The notes beneath the pieces were generated by a model, which saw only the letters and a program-made list of their open reading frames with translations, did not search any database and was not told where the DNA came from. A stretch of DNA of 64,000 bases from an uncultured Candidatus Saccharibacteria bacterium (GTDB lineage Bacteria; Patescibacteriota; Dojkabacteria; J137), in assembly GCA_964437465.1 (NCBI GenBank), contig CAYTGI010000005.1, positions 5,203-69,202 on the forward strand. Reading direction: 5' to 3'. Shown in pieces: positions 29,913 to 38,900 of this stretch. The position numbers and the translations under genes were made by a program. Positions within the stretch are counted from its first letter, which is position 1. Each line of letters begins with the position of its first letter.

Positions 29913-30198
29913 AATCCTCACTAGTTAAGTCATTTAGAGCATCTGACATGCTGTTGAATGACGGGGACTTTTTCTTTGGGTTATTCTCTTCTACAAGGCT
30001 CTTTAGGGCCAACTTCAGAGTCTTTTTATTCAAAGAAAATTGTGAGGTCTGTCGAATTAATATATTTCCTTTAGCGTATTGTGTAGCAAGGAATGTGTTT
30101 AGCGAAGCTAATGTAGGAAACCCATCCTCAAGGGCTTTTTCCTTAAGGGTCTTCTCAAGCTCTTCTTCTAATCTATAGGTAATAACTTTTTTACTCAT
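29905..30198 (-). CDS. RelB-like antitoxin
   Basis: MSKKVITYRLEEELEK RHH start; PSFNSMSDALNDL end. Confidence 0.75.
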   Translation of the reverse strand: MSKKVITYRLEEELEKTLKEKALEDGFPTLASLNTFLATQYAKGNILIRQTSQFSLNKKTLKLALKSLVEENNPKKKSPSFNSMSDALNDLTSEDYD

Positions 30199-30311
30199 AT
30201 CAACAAAATAATAGCATTTTATAGATATTTTGTCATTAAATGCTCGTTGAAGCCTAAGTATGAAAATACTTAGAAAATGGTTGATATGAAACACGAAAGA
30301 AGCATAATTCT

Positions 30312-30366
30312 TTGGTACGTTGGTACGTTGGTACGTTGGTACGTTGGTACGTTGGTACGTTGGTAC
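30312..30366. repeat. (TTGGTACG)x7, last copy partial
   Basis: Octamer array about 25 nt beyond the vapC stop. Confidence 0.95.
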
Positions 30367-30390
30367 ATGAATACACCTCTACTAGTTAAA

Positions 30391-30789
30391 CTAAATTATT
30401 GCTTTGTCGTAATTCTTAAGAATCTTTTTGTCTGCAGTAGCTAATTTTGAATTACTTAATAACGCTTCTGAAGTAATAATTCGATCAAATGGGTCTCGTG
30501 TCCAAGAAATTGTTTTCACAATTTTGATTAGGTCGCTAAGCTTTGAATCCCTTACTTCAAGTCCAAGTTCAATTTCAAGTGTATGAATTATGTCTTCAGG
30601 TTTGACTGTTATCTTTTTTAAATCAAAAAGATATTGAAGCTCTAATTCTATGAAACTGCTTATGAAGAGTGGGTGTTTGTTTAATTAATTCTTGCACTTT
30701 AGAGAGAATCTGCTTACCTCACCAGCATACAAAAATATTACAGCGTTAGTATCTAGGTAAACTAGTTCAGATTTTCTTTTTCTTTCCAT
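30391..30789 (-). pseudogene. vapC: VapC/PIN toxin with an in-frame TAA at codon 35
   Basis: MERKRKSELVYLDTNAVIFLYAG...KCKN*LNK...ELQYL...TRDPFDRII...TADKKI. Confidence 0.85.
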
Positions 30790-31016
30790 TCTGAATCTAT
30801 ATCAAAAGTTTTAATCTTGGGGATGTCTTTAAAGCTCGTATTCTGACCTAAAATATTTCTTTTCTTAAGATTATTGAGCTTATCTGTAGGTTTATTCTTG
30901 GAAATTATAACAGTCTCGCCGTTTTTTTCTATTTCTACAGGTATTCCTGTTTCGATAACACTATCTATTACCTTATAAATCTTTTTTCTTAATTCTGTAG
31001 TAGTTAAAGTTTTCAT
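30762..31016 (-). CDS. Phd/YefM family antitoxin
   Basis: MKTLTTTELRKKIYKVIDSVIETGIPVEIEKNG. Confidence 0.85.
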   Translation of the reverse strand: MKTLTTTELRKKIYKVIDSVIETGIPVEIEKNGETVIISKNKPTDKLNNLKKRNILGQNTSFKDIPKIKTFDIDSEWKEKENLN

Positions 31017-31213
31017 ATTAATAGTTTAGCGTACTCTTTTATTGTTTACAAGCGTACGTTTTTGTGCACAGTAAAATTGCATGTAACTAGTGGCTAGTTT
31101 TGTTCCCAATTTCTGGAGAAAATCTAAAGAAAATTAGTGGAAGTTTTTAAGTTAAGTATCTTGTTGTTTGGTTTGGTGGCGAATTGCCTTTCTATATAAC
31201 AGTTTCCAAGTCT

Positions 31214-31251
31214 ACCCCACCCTTGCCCTCCCCTGCTAGGGGAGGAGAAGG
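31214..31251. repeat. REP-like palindrome
   Basis: CCTCCCCT-GCT-AGGGGAGG stem. Confidence 0.55.
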
Positions 31252-31266
31252 TACTGTTCCCAAAAC

Positions 31267-31296
31267 TTGTCAACTTAGTGTTTGAGGTGATATAAT
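31267..31296 (+). promoter_or_regulatory. Sigma70 promoter of the structured transcript
   Basis: TTGTCA-N18-TATAAT with an extended TG. Confidence 0.65.
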
Positions 31297-31302
31297 TACT
31301 AT

Positions 31303-31800
31303 GTCTTCGAAATGTAATTTATTACTTTCAAGACTTTGAAAATAAAAATACTCTATTAAAAGTCTAAGTACTTTATAGATATATGATTCCTATAAGACTT
31401 TTTGTTTTTTAGGATGAACCCTACTACGCCAAGGCTTCGTAGGGAGATCATTAACAACTGAGATGTAATACTTTAAAAACTATAAATGATTATTCATTTT
31501 AGTTGTTAAAGTTTTGCGAAAAATTTTCTTTTGGAAGGAATAGTTATTTTACCCCTTTTTACGGTAAGTTTTGGGCTTAATGAGTTCAGAATTTACCGTA
31601 AAAATAAAAGGGTAATGTAGCTTCCACCCTTCCCAGGAGAATAAAAAAGGGAAAAAGGAAAGATTAAGCCTATGCTTAATCAAAAATCCGGTATCCGCTA
31701 CAGGATATGCAGTCCGGCTGGGACTATCTTCCAATAGATAAAGGAAGAAAGTCAAAGTACTTGCGCTAGTTTAGGCAAGGAACAAACCAGGCAAGACAGA
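31303..31800 (+). ncRNA. Long structured 5' leader, the 5' half of a putative RNA envelope
   Basis: Consecutive hairpins, including a 22-bp stem with G-U pairs (about 31556-31603), plus segments complementary to 33101-33291. Confidence 0.6.
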
Positions 31801-31847
31801 GTCATATTCGAATCGAAAGCACATCAAACGAGGTATACAGAAACATC

Positions 31848-33098
31848 ATGATGAAATTTAGCACGATCCTAGTAGTACTGGCACTCCTGATGCTGTCCGC
31901 TGTGAGCGTGAACGCACAGGACGACGAACCTGAATCAACACCCGCGACGGTTACCTTGGATTATTTCAGCGGCGAAAGTATCGCGCAGTCCCCGGACGGC
32001 ACGTTTGAAATCGTGGTTCACGAAGAAGGCACAGCGTTGTGGTCCGATAGCACCAATGGCAGCCTGATCACTGAAGATCTGGCTTTCGACGCGATGGTGA
32101 ACGACGCTGGGCAATTCGCTTTGCTTATTGCACACGATGAAAGCGGTGAGTTGATCACAGGCGATCTTGCCGACGTGGCGTTTGGCACTCTCTCATACGA
32201 AGAAGGTTACTTCACTCGACTCGCAATGTCGTGGAATAGCGCAATTTGTGTTGAGCAGATCGACTTCAACGCCAATCGTATTCAGCTTGAGCATGAAGAC
32301 ACTGCGGAAATCGAATGTGCCTCGCGGTTTTCCGGCGATCTGTGGTCCGATGCTTTCGACATATATGTCGCACAGTACAACGAGTCTCCGGCGACCTACC
32401 AGAGCGTGGACGAAGAATTCGTTCTCACCGAAAGCGTGACCTTCAGGACTGAAGACATGTCATTGGTTGTCAACGGAATGACATTCCAAATCATGCTGGA
32501 CGGTAGCTTCCTGCAACACATCTACGGCGTCGAAAATGGCTCATTAACAATCTGGACAACAGAAGGGGTATATACAGGACAACTCCGCGACTATGTTGAT
32601 GTTACCCAGGCTGTGTTTGAACCGGCTATGGTTTTAAGCGTGGCTGAAAACGGGTGTGCGCTCCGAATCATGGAGGCGACTGGTACTGTTATTTTACTGA
32701 GCCAACAAGGCTATAACTTCGCCGGTTGCGACGAGATTGATGCGCAAGAAGGTTTTGAACTCGCAATGAACGTGCACCCCCCGATGATTGAAACTCCTCC
32801 AACGGTACATTACGACATGTCCAATCAGACGGAAGCCTGCTGGATTCGCATCGGCATCGGCGATTCTTTGGCGATAATCGAAGAAGATCAGAACTATGAT
32901 GAGATTTTCAGCGTCATGGACTTCGAGATTCGCTCTGATCAGAACAATTCATCGTTCAGGTACCCAAGCAACCTTCCAGAAGGGTGGAACGGACTATTCA
33001 ACCAGTACACTACGGCAGGTGGGCCAGAAGACCTCATCAGCTTGAATGGTGCTTTTGAAGACCCTGAGTCAGGCACGCCCTACTGCTCGGCTGATTAA
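31848..33098 (+). CDS. Secreted acidic protein of atypically high GC
   Basis: Signal peptide ending VNA-QDD; GAGGT SD upstream; one sampled 60-nt line is 50% GC. Confidence 0.85.
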   Translation: MMKFSTILVVLALLMLSAVSVNAQDDEPESTPATVTLDYFSGESIAQSPDGTFEIVVHEEGTALWSDSTNGSLITEDLAFDAMVNDAGQFALLIAHDESGELITGDLADVAFGTLSYEEGYFTRLAMSWNSAICVEQIDFNANRIQLEHEDTAEIECASRFSGDLWSDAFDIYVAQYNESPATYQSVDEEFVLTESVTFRTEDMSLVVNGMTFQIMLDGSFLQHIYGVENGSLTIWTTEGVYTGQLRDYVDVTQAVFEPAMVLSVAENGCALRIMEATGTVILLSQQGYNFAGCDEIDAQEGFELAMNVHPPMIETPPTVHYDMSNQTEACWIRIGIGDSLAIIEEDQNYDEIFSVMDFEIRSDQNNSSFRYPSNLPEGWNGLFNQYTTAGGPEDLISLNGAFEDPESGTPYCSAD

Positions 33099-33100
33099 AA

Positions 33101-33291
33101 GTCTCGCCCCTGGCCATTGACGGACCTAAAGCGCTTACATAGGCTTTAGGTTTTTTCGAGAGAAGGGTCGGCTTATACAGCGATTCTTCTTTCCCATTCT
33201 TTAGGAATCCTATTTAGGATATCTAAAGAAAAATCTTTACCCCCTTTCTTTTGAAAAAAAGAAATTAGCTTCGCAGCATCTCAGTTTGTTA
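33101..33291 (+). ncRNA. Structured 3' trailer, the 3' half of a putative RNA envelope
   Basis: Local hairpins at 33158-33193 and 33197-33230, plus nested complementarity to the 5' leader. Confidence 0.6.
33124..33156 (+). terminator. Intrinsic terminator, mutually exclusive with the long-range pairing
   Basis: ACCTAAAGC-loop-GCTTTAGGT followed by TTTTT. Confidence 0.6.
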
Positions 33292-33300
33292 CACCGTCCG

Positions 33301-33339
33301 AGTACTGAAGTACCAAAGTACCTATGTACTTAAGTACCT
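33301..33339. repeat. Degenerate GTAC tandem repeat (5 units)
   Basis: AGTACTGA AGTACCAA AGTACCTA TGTACTTA AGTACCT. Confidence 0.8.
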
Positions 33340-33702
33340 TTATACCTTCGTACTATAAAATGTCTTTAATTTCCTCAGCATATGAATAACCTCCTTCGTT
33401 TTCTTATCTATTTCTTCGTAATTTTCGCTTGTCAAGTATTGTAGATCTTTACTTAATTTTAGAAAATACCCTAGCTCATAAGCTGACGCTAGAGATATAC
33501 TTAAAAATCTTATAAATTCCTTCCTACTATCTCTACTACTCCCCTCTACAATATTTGAGGGAATAGAATAGCTTGCCCTTCGCATTTGACTAACTAATCC
33601 GTACTGTTCTGTTTTAGGAAATGATTTAGTAGAAGTGTAAATATTAATTGTAAGGTTATGTGAATATTCCCACACCTTTAGCTTAGTATAATCGTGCATC
33701 AT
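33340..33702 (-). CDS. Four-helix-bundle protein (23S rRNA IVP / TIGR02436 family)
   Basis: LKVWE, FPKTEQYGLVSQMRRASYSIPSNIVEG and FLSISLASAYEL. Confidence 0.9.
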   Translation of the reverse strand: MMHDYTKLKVWEYSHNLTINIYTSTKSFPKTEQYGLVSQMRRASYSIPSNIVEGSSRDSRKEFIRFLSISLASAYELGYFLKLSKDLQYLTSENYEEIDKKTKEVIHMLRKLKTFYSTKV

Positions 33703-33729
33703 GTTTTCGTTAATAGTTAAACATGGGGA

Positions 33730-33766
33730 ATACTCTAGTACCTGAGTACATTAGTACTTGTATACA
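33730..33766. repeat. Degenerate GTAC tandem repeat
   Basis: ATACTCT AGTACCTG AGTACATT AGTACTTG TATAC. Confidence 0.7.
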
Positions 33767-33768
33767 TT

Positions 33769-34098
33769 CTACATCACAAGCATCTCGTTAATGATGGATT
33801 TTATCTGACTAATTATTTTCTTATCGGCCTTGTCTATTTGGCTGAAAATACGCTTTTTATCTACTGTTCTTATTTGATCAAGCATAATCCATCCAGTTCT
33901 ATTTTCTACTTTCACCTTTATTCTTGTTGGGTAATCTTTTGACTTAGAAGTTATAGGAGCGATTATTATAGTTCTGAGATTAAAATTCATCTCATTTGGA
34001 GAAATTACAATACACGGTCTTGTCTTTTTTATCTCTGAGCCTATTGTAGGATCTAAATTTATCCAGTAAATAGTATATTGTTCTATTCGTTGTCCCAT
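33769..34098 (-). CDS. mazF: MazF/PemK toxin
   Basis: NLDPTIGSEIKKTRPCIVIS and DQIRTVDKKR. Confidence 0.92.
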   Translation of the reverse strand: MGQRIEQYTIYWINLDPTIGSEIKKTRPCIVISPNEMNFNLRTIIIAPITSKSKDYPTRIKVKVENRTGWIMLDQIRTVDKKRIFSQIDKADKKIISQIKSIINEMLVM

Positions 34099-34340
34099 GC
34101 CCACTCTTCATTATCCAAATCTATATTATCCTCCAAAACATCTTCATTAGATTCGTGCATTTTCTTAAATGCATTGTTCCATCCAGATCTAGGAGATTTT
34201 TTCAGTGGGGTTAGCGTAATAATACCATTTTCTTTTTTTATTTCTAGCTCTTCTTTTAAGTCTAATTTCATTTCCTCAAGCAAAACAGAAGGGATTCTAA
34301 TTCCCTTTGAATTTCCAATTTTTACTATTTTTGTATTCAT
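34083..34340 (-). CDS. mazE: AbrB/MazE antitoxin
   Basis: IVKIGNSKGIRIP. Confidence 0.9.
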   Translation of the reverse strand: MNTKIVKIGNSKGIRIPSVLLEEMKLDLKEELEIKKENGIITLTPLKKSPRSGWNNAFKKMHESNEDVLEDNIDLDNEEWAWDNE

Positions 34341-34388
34341 AAGATATTTTAACGTAATTACAATGTGAGTACAAGTAGGTATTTCTGA

Positions 34389-34581
34389 GTCTGGCGATTT
34401 ACGAGCGAAGCGAAGTAATCTCGCTAGGTTTATCGATAAGCTTAGTGAGGCTGCTTCGTCACTAGGCTCCTCGCAGACCGCCTTGAAGTCATCACACTGA
34501 GCCTGCCTGCAGGTAGGCAGGGCTCTCTAAGGGTGGTATAAAATTATAGGCACGATCATGGTTCGAGAACCTCACCATGAC
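34389..34581. repeat. Cluster of different REP-like palindromes
   Basis: GC-rich stems such as CCTGCCTGCAGGTAGGCAGG, CATGGT...ACCATG and GAGCGAAGCGAAG. Confidence 0.6.
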
Positions 34582-34643
34582 ATAATGAGAATTGCAAAAA
34601 AAGACCTATCGGGATATGATTTACTATATTAATAAACATTTTT

Positions 34644-35396
34644 ATGAAATCATTTGGCGGTAAAATTCTAAAGTTTATTTTGATACTTCTATATCCAGTT
34701 ATAGTTGTTCTTTTAATCGCAGTTTCAGTTGTCCTATTCTTAAGAATGCGAGATGTAGATAACGCTTTAGATAAATATAACGAGATTTATTCAACTTACG
34801 ATATTCAAGGAACTCCTAAACAGAACATTTCTAACGCAATGGAAGATGCAAGAGAGATTGTAGGAGAGCTATTTATGGGGCTAGAAGAGAGCTCAAGAGA
34901 GATTGAAAGTTTAAGAAATCAGGTAGAAAGTGAGCAAAAGGATGGATTCGGAGAGATTAGAGGAAGAATTTTAGCTTTTGTTTCTCAAGGAGAGAGTTTA
35001 AATAGATACCAAAGAGTTTGCGCTGAAGTTACTGAAAATGCAAATAAGCAGTACTGTGTTTCTGTTTCAGCAATTGAAGCGAGTTACAACCTAGTTGTTC
35101 CTGAAGGTGAATATTACGTATTCGCCCAGCTTCAAGATGACCCTACAAGTACTGAAAAAGCATACTATACTGAATTTGTAAGATGCTCAAAAGAAGGAAG
35201 TGGGAGATGTGAAGAAAGTCTTTCAGATACAAAGATTTTAGTTACTGTTGATTCGGGAGGTATAGTTCAAGGGATTGATCCAATGGACTGGCCAACGATT
35301 GATGATCTAACAATTCCTACTGATAATGTTGAGGAGCCTGAGGATAGTGTTGAGGAAGAGCAAGCTGAAGAGTCAGCTCCTGAAGAAGGTCAATAA
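34644..35396 (+). CDS. Membrane-anchored hypothetical protein
   Basis: TM, coiled coil, 4-Cys beta domain and acidic tail. Confidence 0.7.
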   Translation: MKSFGGKILKFILILLYPVIVVLLIAVSVVLFLRMRDVDNALDKYNEIYSTYDIQGTPKQNISNAMEDAREIVGELFMGLEESSREIESLRNQVESEQKDGFGEIRGRILAFVSQGESLNRYQRVCAEVTENANKQYCVSVSAIEASYNLVVPEGEYYVFAQLQDDPTSTEKAYYTEFVRCSKEGSGRCEESLSDTKILVTVDSGGIVQGIDPMDWPTIDDLTIPTDNVEEPEDSVEEEQAEESAPEEGQ

Positions 35397-35400
35397 TACC

Positions 35401-35432
35401 TTACTACTTAGCTACCTCAGTACATTGGTACT
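35401..35432. repeat. Degenerate GTAC/CTAC tandem repeat
   Basis: CTACTTAG CTACCTCA GTACATTG GTAC. Confidence 0.55.
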
Positions 35433-35470
35433 CTATAGTGACAAACTAATAAAAAGTTGTATAATAAATC

Positions 35471-35803
35471 ATGAACAAACATTTAAAGAAAGTTTTACAA
35501 TTTGGTGTGGGAACATTTTACGTTGCGAGAGACAAGGTTAAGGAGGTTGTACATACTCTTAGAGAAGAGGATGTGTTTAACGAGGAAATGGGCAAGCAAG
35601 TTGTTCAAGGTGCTGTAAAATCAACACAAGAAGGAGTACAGAAAGCAGCTGAATCTATAAAGAAAGCAACAAAGTCTAAAGCAAGTGAGATGGATGTAAA
35701 AGCAACAGAAGCAACAGAAGAAGCTAAGGAAAAAGTGGAAGAAGTTAAAGAAGATGTAAAAGAAACTGCGAAAGATATTAAAGAAAAAGCAGAAGAAAAG
35801 TAG
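35471..35803 (+). CDS. Phasin/YtxH-like Lys/Glu/Ala-rich protein
   Basis: Amphipathic helical repeats; TATAAT-N5-ATG. Confidence 0.6.
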   Translation: MNKHLKKVLQFGVGTFYVARDKVKEVVHTLREEDVFNEEMGKQVVQGAVKSTQEGVQKAAESIKKATKSKASEMDVKATEATEEAKEKVEEVKEDVKETAKDIKEKAEEK

Positions 35804-35824
35804 TCGGAATTTTTATAAAAACCC

Positions 35825-35853
35825 TTTACTATTACCCCGTACTTTGCTAGAAT
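35825..35853 (+). promoter_or_regulatory. rpoB promoter
   Basis: TTTACT-N17-TAGAAT with an extended TG. Confidence 0.6.
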
Positions 35854-35918
35854 CCCTAAGCATGCAAAACTGGTACCAATGCGAGAAGACATCTCAAAAT
35901 AAATAGAAAATTTTTATG

Positions 35919-35942
35919 AACGCACCGTAGGTGCGGTTTTTT
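35919..35942 (+). terminator. Attenuator-like hairpin in the rpoB leader
   Basis: CGCACC-GTA-GGTGCG followed by GTTTTTT. Confidence 0.55.
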
Positions 35943-35974
35943 GCTTTAATATACATTTTTTAGTACAAACGTCT

Positions 35975-38900
35975 ATGACTCCAAAAAAACGACTCGTACT
36001 TACAGATAATCCTGTCGATTTAATTGATATTGATCTTCTTGAAGCTCAAAAAAAATTCTTTAGAGAATTCATTGAAAATGGATTCGAAGAACTTTTTGAT
36101 GAGATCAACCCAATCGAAGACTACACTGGCTCAAGCTGGTCTCTGTCTTTTGAGGATGTAAATTGGGAAGATGCAAAGCTTGGCTTTAGAGAAGCTCATA
36201 ATCTAGGTTTATCTCACGACGCGCCTGTATTCGTAACTGTAAAACTGGTAAACAAAAGGACAGGTGAGATGAAGAAACAGAAAATCTTTCTTTGCGATAT
36301 GCCTTTAATGAGTAATAGAGCATCTTTCATGGTTAACGGAAATGAAAGAGTTGTTGTATTCCAAATAATCAGAAGTGAAGGAATTTTATTCTCAGAAGCA
36401 AAAGCTTCTTCACCTGCCAAAAAAATCTTTTCAGTAAAACTAATGCCAAATAGAGGTAAGTGGTATGAGTTTGAGATGAATAAGTATGGAGTCATGAGCG
36501 TTAAGCTTTTAGAAAAAAGACCAAGAATCCTTCTTACTACTCTACTTCGAGCAATGGGATATGGTACTGATGAAGAATTGAAGAAAATTCTAGAATCATC
36601 AGATGTTGGAGAAATTAAATATTTAGAAAATACATTAAGAAAAGATCCAACAAAGAGTACAGAAGAAGCTCTTATTGAAATTTATAGAAAATTAAGACCA
36701 GAAGATTCAATTACTTTAGAAAACGCTCGAGCATTCCTAGACAACATGTTCTTTAATAAAAGAAGATTCTATCTAGGGAAAATTGGTAGATATAAATTAA
36801 ATCAAAAGCTTGGATTCACTGAAGATATTAAAATGGAAGATCATTTACTTAAGAAAAAGGATCTTGTGGAAATTGTAAAGGCTTTGATGGAGCTAAATAA
36901 CGGTACAAGACCGATGGATGATATAGATAGTCTTGGAAATAGAAGAGTAAGGGGAATTAACGAAATAGTAAGTGAGAAAATCAGAGTTGGAATGTTAATT
37001 ATGGAAAAGAATATTCGAGATAGAATGAGTACTTATTCTACTGATGAGAAAGTTACTCCTGCAATGCTTGTAAATACAAAACCAGTAATTGCAGCAATAA
37101 ATCAATTCTTCGGAAGCTCTGCATTAATGAGATACATGGATCAAGAGAATATTTTATCTGAGCTTGAAGTAAAGCGAAAAGTAACAGCTGGAGGACCTAG
37201 AGGTCTAACAAAAGAAAGAGCAACTTTCTCAGTTAGAGATGTGCACGATTCTCATTATGGAAGACTTTGTCCTGTAACAACTCCAGAAGGACCTTCTGTT
37301 GGTATGGTTAATCAGTTAGCTGTTTATTCTAAAATAAATGACTTTGGATTCCTTGAAGCTCCATATTATAAAGTTGTTAAGGAATTCAGTGTAAAAGAAG
37401 ATAAAGTTTCTGACTTTAAAGGAAGATATATTAGAGAAGATATTAAGGACGGAAGTAAAGTGCTAGCTAAAAAGGGAGATGAGATTAGCACAAAAGTTGT
37501 TGAAGCAGCTAAGAAAGCTGATCTAGATGTTATTCACCTTGTACCATTTATTTCAGATAAGATTGAGTACATGGACTCTGAAACTGAAGCTACATTCAAA
37601 ATTGCACCTTACAATGTAGAAAGAGATGAAAATAATAATATTCTTTCAGAGTCTACATATATTAGGTACAACAAAGATTACACAACTGCAAGTCCAATTG
37701 ATATAGATTACATTGATATCTCTCCATCACAGATCTCTGGACTTGGATTAGCATTAATTCCATTCGCTGGAAATGATGACCCAAACAGAACTTTCTATGG
37801 AGCTAAAACACAAAACCAGGCTGTTCCTTTGATTAAGAATCAATCCCCAATTGTTGGAACAGGATTCGAAAAGGCTGCAGCAAAAGCAAGTGGAAGAACT
37901 GTTATTGCTGAAGAAGATGGAATTGTATTGGAGGCTGATAGTGCTCATGTAGTTGTTGAATATGGAAGCGGAAAAGGAAAAAGAAAACAAGAATACGATG
38001 TAGAAAAATTCATTAGAACTAACCAAAACACATGTTTTACTCAAACTACTCTAGTCTTACCTGGAGAAAAGTTTAAGAAAGGAGATATCCTAATCGACGG
38101 ACCTTGTACAGACCAAGGAGAGCTAGCTCTTGGAGTTAATCTTCGAGCTTGTTACATGGTTTGGGATGGATATAACTATGAGGATGGAATTGTAATTTCA
38201 GAAAGACTTGTAAAAGAAGATGCATTAACTTCTATTCACATTCATGAATACACTCAAGAAGTTAGAGAAACAAAATTAGGAAACGAATTAATAACTAAAG
38301 ATATTCCAGGAGTTGGAGAAAGAGCTTTAAGAAACTTAGACGAAGAAGGAGTTGTAAGAATTGGGGCAAACGTAGAATCAAATGATATCTTAGTAGGAAT
38401 TATTGCTCCAAAAGGAGAAACAGAGCTAACTGCTGAAGAGAAACTATTGAGAGCGATCTTTGGAGAATACGCTAGAGACGTAAGAGATAACTCACTTAGA
38501 ATGCCATATGGTGAAGAGGGTGTTGTTGTTGGAGTACAAGTTCTTGAAAGAGCAAAAGGAGCTAAACTAAATCCTGGAGTTCTAAAACAGGTAAAAGTAT
38601 GGGTAGCTAGAACACATAAAATCTCAGTTGGAGATAAGCTAACTGGATATCACGGAGAAAAAGGACTTATTGCAAAAATAGTTCCTGAAGAAGACATGCC
38701 ATACACTGCAGATGGAAGACCAGTAGATCTAGTTCTAGGACCTGCATCTATGATTAGACGTATGAATTTAGGACAGTTAATTGAGACTCATATTGGAGCA
38801 TTAGCTGATCAGTTAGGAATTAAAGTAGAAGCACAACCGTTCTCAAGCTACTCTCTTGATCCTCTACTTGAGGAAGCAAAGAAGGCAGGGCTTAAGTATG

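Noticed and set aside
28855-30366. Octamer arrays as CRISPR
   Set aside because: The units are 8 nt with no unique spacers, and there are no cas genes
31301-31339. 12-aa uORF MSSKCNLLLSRL
   Set aside because: The ATG is only 4 nt from the -10 box, lies within a hairpin, and shows no regulatory codon bias
31549-31755. 68-aa minus-strand ORF
   Set aside because: It lies antisense to the structured leader and has no protein-like features
31300-33295. Group I/II intron or IS element
   Set aside because: No interrupted host gene, no recognisable catalytic core, and the cargo is not a nuclease, RT or transposase. A covariance-model search is still needed to exclude it formally.
33340-33702. Diversity-generating retroelement (Avd-like fold)
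   Set aside because: No reverse transcriptase and no TR/VR pair seen in the window
27950-34400. Classical integron
   Set aside because: No IntI and no convincing attC sites by eye
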